64,000 nucleotides of DNA from assembly GCA_015231405.1 (NCBI GenBank), contig JADGBR010000001.1, positions 385,762 to 449,761 on the forward strand, in the 5' to 3' direction. Below, in pieces: positions 54,401 to 62,624 of the stretch (its first letter is position 1; every line of letters begins with the position of its first letter). The stretch comes from Candidatus Omnitrophota bacterium. Lineage in GTDB: Bacteria > Omnitrophota > Gorgyraeia > Tantalellales > Tantalellaceae. The position numbers were made by a program, and so were the translations under genes. The notes below the pieces were generated by a model. It was not told the origin of the DNA, did no database searches, and saw only the letters and a list, made by a program, of their open reading frames with translations.

Positions 54401-57400
54401 TGAGAGCCAAAACGTTTTCCCTGTTCTTCAATACGGGTGGCTCTAGGCCGTAATAAATAGCGAGCTCTGAAAGTTGGTCGACGGTCATGTTGGGGCGGAT
54501 GTTATTCAGCCGTTCGCCCATTACCGTGCCTTCAACCAGAAGGTTTACACTGTCAGAATCCATGTCAAGCGAAACATCGCTGACGGGAGACGACCAGCCT
54601 TTATCCATATCTTCATCGGCGATCTTCCCGTCCTGTTTCATAGCGGAATTTAACGATAGATAAGCATTCGCCGAAGAATATCGGTTAAACGGGATATCGC
54701 TGTCAGCTTTGACATGCCCCATGAATTTTTGGAGAAAAATATACTGCGAGGGTATGGATATATCCCTCACTTTCCAGAATTGCTGTTTGTCCGGATCCGG
54801 TCCTTCATGAGGTTTTGAAATATCGCTCAAGTGAAATCCGCCATCAGAGAGGAGGTTAAGTATCTCGTCTATCCTGCCTGTCTTGACCCACCCTTCGACT
54901 TCGGCGACTTTCATGGGGGATATGCTGTCTTCGAGACGCAAAGCAAGTTCCTCGATCACGGTCAGTTCCCTGCCAAGCTTCTTTTCGTAGTTAATTATTT
55001 TCGTCTGAAGAAATGACTCGCGGATATAATCCGGAGAAATGTGGTATCCGGACCCCGTTTCTGTGGGAGTGACGCCTGCATAGTATTCGACAGCGCCTTG
55101 ACCGGTCCCAAGTGTTGGCCTGGCTTCGATCCCGTTCATTCTCCTGTATAGCTCAAGATAATGATCCCGTTCAGCGTCAGTTATGAACCCCGAAGTACGA
55201 TAAAAATCAAGAAGGTATTTAGTCGTTATAATTCCCCCTCTACCCCTGTCCTTGCATACAAGGAACGGCGCGCCATATGTGAGCCTCTCAATATTATGGG
55301 CAAAAAGTTCATTAAGGCTGTTCCCCCACGTTAAGGGAAATTCCGTAAGTCTCTGGCGATCATGAGCTCCGACGATATCCCGGAATTCTTCAACTTTTAC
55401 CGGAACATCAGCTACTCCAAGTACAGGCGTACTATCGGTTATCATCCCGAAATTCCCTTTTATGAACCGTTCTCTGTCAGGGATGGGGCCCAGCCAGTTC
55501 AAAAATGCGACATGACCCAATTCATGCGGGAAAACTATGGGATACTCGGATACCCCCATCCTGTTACTAATAGGGTCATATGACATATCTCCCGATACCG
55601 ATAGACCTTTATTTTTTATCTCGCCGACCAGCAGGGTTACAAGAGATTCCGGTATGACTTTTTTGACCTCACTTCCCATCCCTTTACCTTTAGAATTTAT
55701 CCCCATATAAAACTGTCCGGTAAAGGGATGTTTCCCGCCGATCATTGAAACTGCTATGTCATCACCGTCGGGAAGGATGCCATGATCGTCCAGTACTTTC
55801 ATTTTAGCCTTATTGTCAATGAATTCGCGCAAAGCTTTGCCTAATGGGGTCTGGCCTGAGGGAGTATCAATGGATATGCCAGGATGATAATACGGGGTAG
55901 TGAACTCGATTATTCTTCTATGTCCGGACCTTCTTTTCGGGTCCCCTGGGAATGAATTGCCCAGGGAGGTGTTTTCCAGGACTTCATGCAGGAGATATTC
56001 GTCCAGCAGATCCATGTCGCCTGTTTCTATCAAATGCTCGATAAAATCGATGGCAAGGGCGCTTTTGTAACCTATGATATATTTATCGCTACTTTCGACA
56101 TTGGACCTGAATAATTTAAAAACCTGCTGGATAGCTCCAGGCTGACCGCTGGTAAGAAGGGTCTGATAATCGTAAAGTTTTAAGGATACTTTCCCGTATT
56201 CGTCCGCCGTTAAAGCGGTTTTTAAAGCGGTTGTAAGTTTCATGGGTTTCCCGTTCTCGAACATGAGAGCGAACCGTTCGGTCGTGACGCGGACAACATC
56301 CTTATCTATTTGCCATTCTTTTAAAAGATTGTCACTGTCATTGAACCAGTCGGTTATCTCCTGGGGAAGGTATCCGCCGGATATAGTACCGAGTTCAGCC
56401 GGAGATATTTCGGGTGAATTATCAATGCGAGCCAGGATCTCCGGAATGGTTATTTCTAACCTTTCCCCCTGTCCGATGGAAGCGATAACGGCCTCATTGG
56501 CTACTAACGCTATTTCGTTCTTATCCAGGTTCTCAGCTCTTATCCTGGCCATTTCTTTGACGATCTTTACCGCGACCTGAAATAGGTCCATCCCTTCCCC
56601 GCCCCAGACTTCAACGCCCAGCGTCGAAAGATGGGAAGCTACCGCTATCATGGCTATTTCGCTCAGGGCCGGTTTTATCGCGAGTTGTATGTCGGTTGAA
56701 AAACCCGCCAGGAGGTCGAAGTAGGGGTTCTTGTACCCTTCATCGCTCTGAAATTTCGGGATGACGGATATATAGGAGATATTATTCTCGCGGAACAGCC
56801 TCGCCAGGTTCTCGGTGTGAAAACCTCCCGTAAAAAGTATGGCGGCTTTTTTGCCGCCGTAAATATCGTCGAATTTCAGGTTGGCGAGGAATGTCTCATC
56901 CCTGGAAAATGAGTATTCGAAGAAAGCTGTTATCTCCCCGATATAGCCGTCAAGCGCCTCTATCCCGGAAAGGTCAGGCGTCGCGACGGCGTATTTGTTA
57001 GCGGCTCTTTTAATGAAATCCGTGAAAACCGACGCGGTTATGGAGTTCTTGTTATCAACATAGAAACGATAGTCGGATCTTGTCAGCTTAAAAGCGAACA
57101 TGTTCTTGAGTAAAGAGAGGTCCATAGAAAGCCTGTCGAGCTTTTTTATGTCCTCGTCGGTAAAGAGCCTGTTCTTTAATGCCGTTTCAAGCCCGGATAT
57201 TTCATCCATAAGCCGGGACCTGTCAACGGATTCATACGCGTTTATATAGTCGACATATCTGGTGAGCGACGGATATTCGCCAAGGTCAAATCTAAGTTCA
57301 GATGCCTTTCCCAAAAGATAAGCGTAAAAAGTTTTCAGAGTTACTACCTTCTGCTTATATTCGAGCGTTTTTACGGCAAGCTCCTGGGTCTGGTTCCGGG

Positions 57401-58232
57401 GGAGAGATCTCTTAAGTTTGTCCATGAGGCTGTATTGTTCCGAATCGGCCTTTTTAAAATTCACTTTTTCTTCCATTTCAAGGGTCATGGCAAGAGTGTT
57501 CAGGTTGCTGAAACTGCTGATATCTATCTTATTTTCGGAACATTTTTTTATAAGAAGATGCAGGTAATTCTTGAGTTCCAGGTCGCCGGCCCTGTATTTG
57601 GCGTAATTAGAATCGATCTCCATAAGCTCCGGGGCATAAAGCTGTTTTTTGAACGCATCCAGCGCGGCCGTGATCATGGAAAGATATCCGTCGACTTTAT
57701 CCTTATACGAGAGAGAATCCCTGTAGACTTTAAGGTTCTTGAGATAGAGTTCCTTTTCCTCAACGCCCCAGAGTTCGGATTTTTCAGGGTTCATTATGGC
57801 GTAAAGTTCAGCGCCGTTGACCTGGCCTTTTTTAACAAAATAATCGGCAACTTCTTTTCTGAGGACAGGCTCGGGGATAGACGTGAAAACATTGAGATTA
57901 TATTCACCGGCGCCTCCTTCCATATTGATGGACTTCATGCCATATTCGCTGACAAAATAATCTATAATGTTAAAGATCTTATTTTGAGCGAAGAAATTAC
58001 AATGGGCGTCCTGTATGTGTATGATCACCTTATCGGAATCGCATTTGTTGAGGTAACGTACCTCCCCAAGATGCGGCGGGACATTGATTGTGTCAACATC
58101 AAGGAACGATGTTACCGATGTACTTTCAGCCAGAGGGGTAAGCTCGGGATTTGACATTTGTGCCGGGCTTTGGCCGGTCAGTAATGCCAAGATCGTGATA
58201 AAAGTAATGATAGAACGGAAATATTTTCTCAT
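51441..58232 (-). CDS. Giant 2263-aa secreted protein with the shared N-terminal twin-GX2H domain, an HExxH (HELGH) motif, three FHA domains and the shared C-terminal EVLRSL domain
   Basis: Signal peptide MRKYFRSIITFITILALLTGQSPAQ. IIHIQDAHC (~57999-58025) and FTGGFH (56817-56831). HELGH at ~55497-55511. FHA motifs: SRNHLML...DRGSLNGTRM (~53650-53830), SREHFKL...DLESRNGTF (~53290-53470), SREHCEI...DLNSRNGTF (~52960-53130). C-terminus ...INYQEIADWDEAQKEVLRSL. Confidence 0.9.
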   Translation of the reverse strand: MRKYFRSIITFITILALLTGQSPAQMSNPELTPLAESTSVTSFLDVDTINVPPHLGEVRYLNKCDSDKVIIHIQDAHCNFFAQNKIFNIIDYFVSEYGMKSINMEGGAGEYNLNVFTSIPEPVLRKEVADYFVKKGQVNGAELYAIMNPEKSELWGVEEKELYLKNLKVYRDSLSYKDKVDGYLSMITAALDAFKKQLYAPELMEIDSNYAKYRAGDLELKNYLHLLIKKCSENKIDISSFSNLNTLAMTLEMEEKVNFKKADSEQYSLMDKLKRSLPRNQTQELAVKTLEYKQKVVTLKTFYAYLLGKASELRFDLGEYPSLTRYVDYINAYESVDRSRLMDEISGLETALKNRLFTDEDIKKLDRLSMDLSLLKNMFAFKLTRSDYRFYVDNKNSITASVFTDFIKRAANKYAVATPDLSGIEALDGYIGEITAFFEYSFSRDETFLANLKFDDIYGGKKAAILFTGGFHTENLARLFRENNISYISVIPKFQSDEGYKNPYFDLLAGFSTDIQLAIKPALSEIAMIAVASHLSTLGVEVWGGEGMDLFQVAVKIVKEMARIRAENLDKNEIALVANEAVIASIGQGERLEITIPEILARIDNSPEISPAELGTISGGYLPQEITDWFNDSDNLLKEWQIDKDVVRVTTERFALMFENGKPMKLTTALKTALTADEYGKVSLKLYDYQTLLTSGQPGAIQQVFKLFRSNVESSDKYIIGYKSALAIDFIEHLIETGDMDLLDEYLLHEVLENTSLGNSFPGDPKRRSGHRRIIEFTTPYYHPGISIDTPSGQTPLGKALREFIDNKAKMKVLDDHGILPDGDDIAVSMIGGKHPFTGQFYMGINSKGKGMGSEVKKVIPESLVTLLVGEIKNKGLSVSGDMSYDPISNRMGVSEYPIVFPHELGHVAFLNWLGPIPDRERFIKGNFGMITDSTPVLGVADVPVKVEEFRDIVGAHDRQRLTEFPLTWGNSLNELFAHNIERLTYGAPFLVCKDRGRGGIITTKYLLDFYRTSGFITDAERDHYLELYRRMNGIEARPTLGTGQGAVEYYAGVTPTETGSGYHISPDYIRESFLQTKIINYEKKLGRELTVIEELALRLEDSISPMKVAEVEGWVKTGRIDEILNLLSDGGFHLSDISKPHEGPDPDKQQFWKVRDISIPSQYIFLQKFMGHVKADSDIPFNRYSSANAYLSLNSAMKQDGKIADEDMDKGWSSPVSDVSLDMDSDSVNLLVEGTVMGERLNNIRPNMTVDQLSELAIYYGLEPPVLKNRENVLALRIDLAKAQLLWAVERNLISHQGLILLHEKYHRTGRAIIAGKSDDLALTTRRAITSFVSVYNDIYDWTMRHQLVADVLARLDNDPGSVSNTIMERALSLALLPVMPLNPQPGLSFDMHRSDTSSMIPRLITLNNDSDEIHFTISGKNADAPENEICSITAGAANVRMLRIGNENHTIEFNTPITIGNNFNNAEPNRYPRNSPGISRNHLMLTFYMLDGKILVKVTDRGSLNGTRMTVPKITSVLNPDEVSDLDDGIWYKAKNDRDLTDPAKDRINPVIDPKRVKFGNFILHFYGNRIVLTKLSRPGVILDSLSISEALKDGQELTIGRKGDIFRTHFVTELSVSREHFKLRRYGDTIILTDLESRNGTFTDKPTQWKRIAVGNIAPNPRFVKIGASRSAPVIEIISVMRDRASGNVEAVIRKGKERNVITGIGRILIGRDSEQIMVTHRQASREHCEIIPGSTDGWIVNDLNSRNGTFIPDPVYTEGANSENHSLIGKVFVNGVLKTGGFAVERPSDTLLTVKSTSGDNMEAIELSIPKDIPEKPTKEIIDTIQALLSKKGRSTLTEKDRKIVEKLITSLGSVSRAVPIDHMEENDANNDLKGIIDKNTGVIYLNRDLIDDPLALIHELGEGFIELPEGAEFAKMTRHTFMRGVGKDVRIAYATLLKEISPEGLKKLGIDDFIAELREKIKLTRPLGMSDSEEALIRYNSSQEHKILDASPKKEWLFGLQDHIDPDANQAFTLKLMSMRGDMLKGTVNIHLIRSPNPEMASVQTTIDQEFRRKADKNDKIKDQVIHFDDNPDNDLATRLKYAIDDLAMKAIARDKTSYPKITVDCITDSDKLTVKEVLSGYSPDIQNMVIIMYDPVDAATLSTYKPDEAKIIAVGDILCADSRIIAGEVNYNEAEKARILKKHMLFLNSCRFFEMNTESSDLIDNLDNVTDVTELNGILNTLFNKVFQGTIRMQITRINYQEIADWDEAQKEVLRSL
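52960..53830 (-). other. Cluster of three FHA (forkhead-associated) domains within the 2263-aa protein
   Basis: Three copies of the G-R...S-R-x-H...(S/D)xNGT(F/R) signature. See the CDS evidence above. Confidence 0.75.
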
Positions 58233-58335
58233 ATAAAATTAGTCCATTAAATATACAGGTAGACTCATAATCAAGTTTACTGATGAAAAAGAATAAAACA
58301 AAATAAATATATAACTATTTTAAAGACTAACGATA

Positions 58336-59166
58336 TTACTTTTGTTGAAGGACAAGTGAATTGTTTTCGGGGTCGATCTTGATGTGAAAATCCCTTAAAA
58401 AAGACATTCCGAGAAGACCGTCATGGTCAGTGTTCGAGGAAGTCTTTTCGATCATAATGGCGGCTTTGACATTTTGAGAGGAAACGTTCCCTACCTTGAT
58501 CGACACTAATTGGATCGGGAGGCATTGGGCCGTGCTTTTGTCAGCGAGTTGTATCGAGATAGGCTTTTCACCTTTTGTGTCCATATGAAGCTTTTCGGCT
58601 ATATAAGGCGAAATAACGACGATGCTGGCTCCGGTGTCAAGTAAAAGTCTTGCCTCTACCCTGTTGTTAATAAGGGCGGTCACGATTATTCTCGAGCGGT
58701 CAGTGTACCTGATAGTGGTAGAGGACCTATGCGCGGCCTCAAGATCGAAGAACCGCTTAAAATATTCGTTCTCGGTCACTTTACGTAACGCGGATTTTTC
58801 CTTACTGTTATCGGTGCTGTAAAATTTCCAGTCACTGATCAAGGCTTCTTTTTGGCGCGAATCTGACGGGGTAATGATTTCAACGATATCTTCTTTTGAA
58901 ATGGATGTTTTGCCGTAACCCAGGTCCAGGATCATTCCCGTATCTTTTTCTTCTTCAATGACGCCGAATATCTTCCCTCCGCTTTTAAGTTTTACTATAA
59001 CGACGTTCAGATCTTCCATGAGGGAAATTTTCTTATCCGTAAGGCTGTCGACTTTTTTCGAATAGAAATAATCATTTAAGAACGTCAATATCGGGGCTTT
59101 GAATTCTATAAAGACCAAAAGAGACAGGATAGTAAGTAGCAAAAATAATCTTAAGAATTTAACCAT
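58336..59166 (-). CDS. Membrane-anchored retropepsin-like (clan AA) aspartic protease
   Basis: 276-aa ORF with N-terminal TM anchor MVKFLRLFLLLTILSLLVFIEF. Active-site motif LLLDTGAS (DTGA at ~58627-58638), followed by ...IVVISPYIAEKL and DGLLGMSFL, typical of pfam13650/13975-type bacterial retropepsins. Located immediately upstream of, and co-directional with, the 2263-aa gene. Confidence 0.75.
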   Translation of the reverse strand: MVKFLRLFLLLTILSLLVFIEFKAPILTFLNDYFYSKKVDSLTDKKISLMEDLNVVIVKLKSGGKIFGVIEEEKDTGMILDLGYGKTSISKEDIVEIITPSDSRQKEALISDWKFYSTDNSKEKSALRKVTENEYFKRFFDLEAAHRSSTTIRYTDRSRIIVTALINNRVEARLLLDTGASIVVISPYIAEKLHMDTKGEKPISIQLADKSTAQCLPIQLVSIKVGNVSSQNVKAAIMIEKTSSNTDHDGLLGMSFLRDFHIKIDPENNSLVLQQK

Positions 59167-59313
59167 AGTTTTATATTAGTAAGTATGCGTTATAGTTATG
59201 CCGGGGTCAAGTTGTTCCGGGATAGACGCAGGCGTATTACGAAAATATATTGAATAAATGAGCGAATGAAATACAATATGAAAAACAATAATCGGTAGTA
59301 TCCTTACAATACA

Positions 59314-61524
59314 ATGAAAATATCAATGTTTCTATTTTTGTCGCTTATCTGTTCATCAGCGTATGCCGGAGATGCGTCTCAGCCATTGATCGGCGAAGTG
59401 AAGGTTTGTCCTTCGCCGTTCCTGCTGGCTAACGGTAACAGGTTCCGTGAGGGGCTTTTCCCCCGATATGAGAAGATGGAGATAGAAGCCGAGGTCAAAG
59501 GTGAATTTAAGAACCCATATGATTACGAAGAAATAGAGGTAAAGGCTATTATCAAAAGCCCGGACAATAATATAGCCAATGTCCTGGCATTCCCCAGCGG
59601 CCAGGGGGCAAAATGGACCGTGAGATATACGCCACTTCTTACCGGTAAGTATGTATTTCACGTGGAAGTCAAAACCTTAGGCTCTTTAAAGTCGTCCGGT
59701 CCCGGTTCATTCGAAGTAAAACCGGGATACGGCAACGGTTTCCTCAGGAAGAGTCCGCATAACGACCGTTATCTTGTATTCGATTCAGATAGGACATTCT
59801 TCGGGCTTGGGCATAATATAGCCTGGGTAAAAGATAATGACCCCGGAAAATTCGAGGATTATTTCAAGAAATTCAAAGATAACGGTTGTAATATTTCGCG
59901 TGTTTGGATCAATTCTCCATGGACTATTAAGATCGAAACGGAAAAACTCTACCGTTACAACTTAGATGACAGTAATAAGATGGACGCGGTCCTTGAACTG
60001 GCCAGGAAATACGGGGTTTACCTTATAGTGTCACTCGACTCGTACGGAACTTTAATGAACGAGCCGGGTCAGTGGAAAGAAGGCAGTTGGGACAAAAGCC
60101 CATACAGTAAGAAGATGGGAGGCCCATGCGCGGTGCCGCCGGGATTTTTCCTTAACAAAGAAGCGCTGAAAGCCTACCGCAACAGGCTGGAATATATTAT
60201 TGCGAGGTGGGGATATTCCCCGAATATCCTCGCGTTCGAGATATTTAATGAGGTCAACTGCCCTCCCGAATGGCTAAGAGATACAACCCGTTACATCCGT
60301 TCCATAGACCCATTCGGCCATCTTATTACCACAAGCATGAAGAACTCATGCGAATCTACGGATGCCAGCGTGGAAATATGGAATTCCACTTCAGTGGATC
60401 TCATTGAAAGACATGTTTATGCCAACGAAATTAATGAGAATATCACCGGGGATATTATATCAGTAAACAACGAATATGCCCTTAAGTATAAAAAACCTTT
60501 TCTCGTCGGTGAATTCGGCATGAACTCGGGTATGGACGACTCAAGGAACGACCCCGACGGTAAAGCCATCGAACTGCATAATAGCATATGGGCAGCCTCA
60601 CTTTCCGGGTCATTCGCTTCGGCGCTTAACTGGTGGTGGGACGGTTATGTAATGGGAAAAGACCTTTATCCGCACTACAAGGCGCTCAGAAAATTCCTTG
60701 AAGGAACAAAATGGGATGCTAAGAACGCCGGCCCGGTGGAAATATCCCCCGTTATGATCGAAACAGGCAAGAAGAAACAAACCGGATATGATGATATAAC
60801 CATCTATCCGGTAAAGGAATGGGGCAGTATGAAGTACAAGGAGTTCACCATCCGGAACAACGGCGATATTTCGGGAGGAAGCCTGAATTATTATCTGCAG
60901 GGGGTATCCAATAGCGAAATAAAGATCAACCATATACTTAAACTGAATTTCCCCAAGGAAGGCAAACTGATCCTTAACGTGGATATGGTCTCCCGGGGCG
61001 GCAAATTGACGGCGTACCTTGACGGTGTTAAAGCGGCTAGTGTTACCTTTCCCGTTGGGCCGGGCAGCGGTCCATGGAAGAAAAGCGTATACCTCAAGGA
61101 ATATGACGTCTACCAGTGTGAATACGATAAGAACATAGAGATCATCGTGCCTAAGGGGGAACACAGGCTAAGGTTAATGAATTCCGGGGAGGACTGGATT
61201 GGGATAAAGTCAATAAAATTGACGGATTACCTCTCTGGATCATACGCAAATGCCAGGATCACCGGGATATCCGTCGGCGATGAGAGATTGTATTGGATAC
61301 AGAACCGTGATTCAAACTGGCGTGAAAAGGGGCAATTGAACGAAATAAAGAATGCGTATTTTGATATTAAGGGTGGTTTTAACGGACAATACACGGTCGA
61401 ATGGTGGGACACGTATAAGGGGATCGTAACTTCCAGCGACACAGCCTGGGCGGTCAAAAGTTCACTACGCGTCAATATCCCGTCTTTTACAAGAGATATC
61501 GCCTGCAAAATAAGGAGATCATAA
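59314..61524 (+). CDS. Secreted glycoside hydrolase, GH5-like TIM barrel with an N-terminal Ig-like domain and a C-terminal beta-sandwich region
   Basis: Signal peptide MKISMFLFLSLICSSAYAGDAS. Acid/base motif FEIFNEVN (NE at 60247-60252). Nucleophile-like motif LVGEFGMNS (E at 60512-60514). Also SRVWINSPW and YLIVSLDSYG. Family placement (GH5 vs related DUF4038/DUF5060 hydrolases) is uncertain. Confidence 0.55.
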   Translation: MKISMFLFLSLICSSAYAGDASQPLIGEVKVCPSPFLLANGNRFREGLFPRYEKMEIEAEVKGEFKNPYDYEEIEVKAIIKSPDNNIANVLAFPSGQGAKWTVRYTPLLTGKYVFHVEVKTLGSLKSSGPGSFEVKPGYGNGFLRKSPHNDRYLVFDSDRTFFGLGHNIAWVKDNDPGKFEDYFKKFKDNGCNISRVWINSPWTIKIETEKLYRYNLDDSNKMDAVLELARKYGVYLIVSLDSYGTLMNEPGQWKEGSWDKSPYSKKMGGPCAVPPGFFLNKEALKAYRNRLEYIIARWGYSPNILAFEIFNEVNCPPEWLRDTTRYIRSIDPFGHLITTSMKNSCESTDASVEIWNSTSVDLIERHVYANEINENITGDIISVNNEYALKYKKPFLVGEFGMNSGMDDSRNDPDGKAIELHNSIWAASLSGSFASALNWWWDGYVMGKDLYPHYKALRKFLEGTKWDAKNAGPVEISPVMIETGKKKQTGYDDITIYPVKEWGSMKYKEFTIRNNGDISGGSLNYYLQGVSNSEIKINHILKLNFPKEGKLILNVDMVSRGGKLTAYLDGVKAASVTFPVGPGSGPWKKSVYLKEYDVYQCEYDKNIEIIVPKGEHRLRLMNSGEDWIGIKSIKLTDYLSGSYANARITGISVGDERLYWIQNRDSNWREKGQLNEIKNAYFDIKGGFNGQYTVEWWDTYKGIVTSSDTAWAVKSSLRVNIPSFTRDIACKIRRS

Positions 61525-61531
61525 TAAAATA

Positions 61532-62131
61532 TTACGGCAAAGAAGCCATTTTTTTGTAATCTATCTTATCGGCGTATTCAAGAAGTTCATTCTGTGAGAG
61601 CATTCTTCCGCTTAAGGTTATCAAGAAACGGTTGTTGATAACGATATTGATATCCCCGTTCCCTGTTTGAGGGTCATATTTAACTATCGCCTGTTCCCCT
61701 TTTATCCTGGAAAGCTGGGCGCCGGAGGCAGTTAGGATCATCGGATTTGACAGCATCATCATTATGCTTTGCACCATCGGGGAGTCCGTGACGATCTTTA
61801 TCTGAACAAAACTGATCCCTTTCTGATAGGATCTTTCCGCGAAAACTCCTCCGCCCAAGAGCGCCGCTGACACGCTTTGTGATGATGGGAATGAGGCCGT
61901 CCAACCGTTAAGCGGCTCAGGTAAGTAAGTTTCAAGGGTCGATCCGCGTTTCTGCCGTATCAACTGCGAAGCGTAATCGAGATCTGAGGCCGCGGTCATA
62001 AAATCGCCTTTTTTATACTCATTAACAGCTTTTTCAACAGTTGTAAGGATTTCATCGGCAAAGCAGATAGATGACAAAGAAAACATGAAAATGATCACGG
62101 TGGTTATCTTAAAAACATTTGAAAATACCAT
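61532..62131 (-). CDS. Secreted hypothetical protein (199 aa)
   Basis: Signal peptide MVFSNVFKITTVIIFMFSLSSICFADEI. No recognised motifs. Confidence 0.5.
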   Translation of the reverse strand: MVFSNVFKITTVIIFMFSLSSICFADEILTTVEKAVNEYKKGDFMTAASDLDYASQLIRQKRGSTLETYLPEPLNGWTASFPSSQSVSAALLGGGVFAERSYQKGISFVQIKIVTDSPMVQSIMMMLSNPMILTASGAQLSRIKGEQAIVKYDPQTGNGDINIVINNRFLITLSGRMLSQNELLEYADKIDYKKMASLP

Positions 62132-62624
62132 TTTTTCCTCCTTGTGATATTACGTTCCACTACATACAACATGATATTAGCATTAAAAGTTCCGTTGGTA
62201 AAGTCCAGAATTTTGGTGCACGGTGTAAGACTCCGGGACACTATAAGGCTAAATGCATACCAACTTAAGGGAGGCATCAGAAGAATGGGTGAAAACGTTA
62301 GGAAACTATCTTTTGGAATAGTGCTTCGTGAGTAGATACCATTTGATCTTTTGGCAGATCCTATAAGGAACATGGTACTTAAAGCCTGTTTCCCCGCCGA
62401 GAATTTCTAAAAATCTGTAAATCGTCATAGTCATCTTATAAATTTATTCCGATAGTTCACTACAATGGATACAATATGATATAAGTATATTGTGATTGTA
62501 GCGTACATGCAAGGTTAAACTATCCATAAACACTTAGTTAGGGGAAAAAACACTTATAAAAATATGTTTAAAAAAAGGGGCAATGCCGTTACCGGCATTG
62601 CCCCCGGATCGCGCCTCCTTTGTT

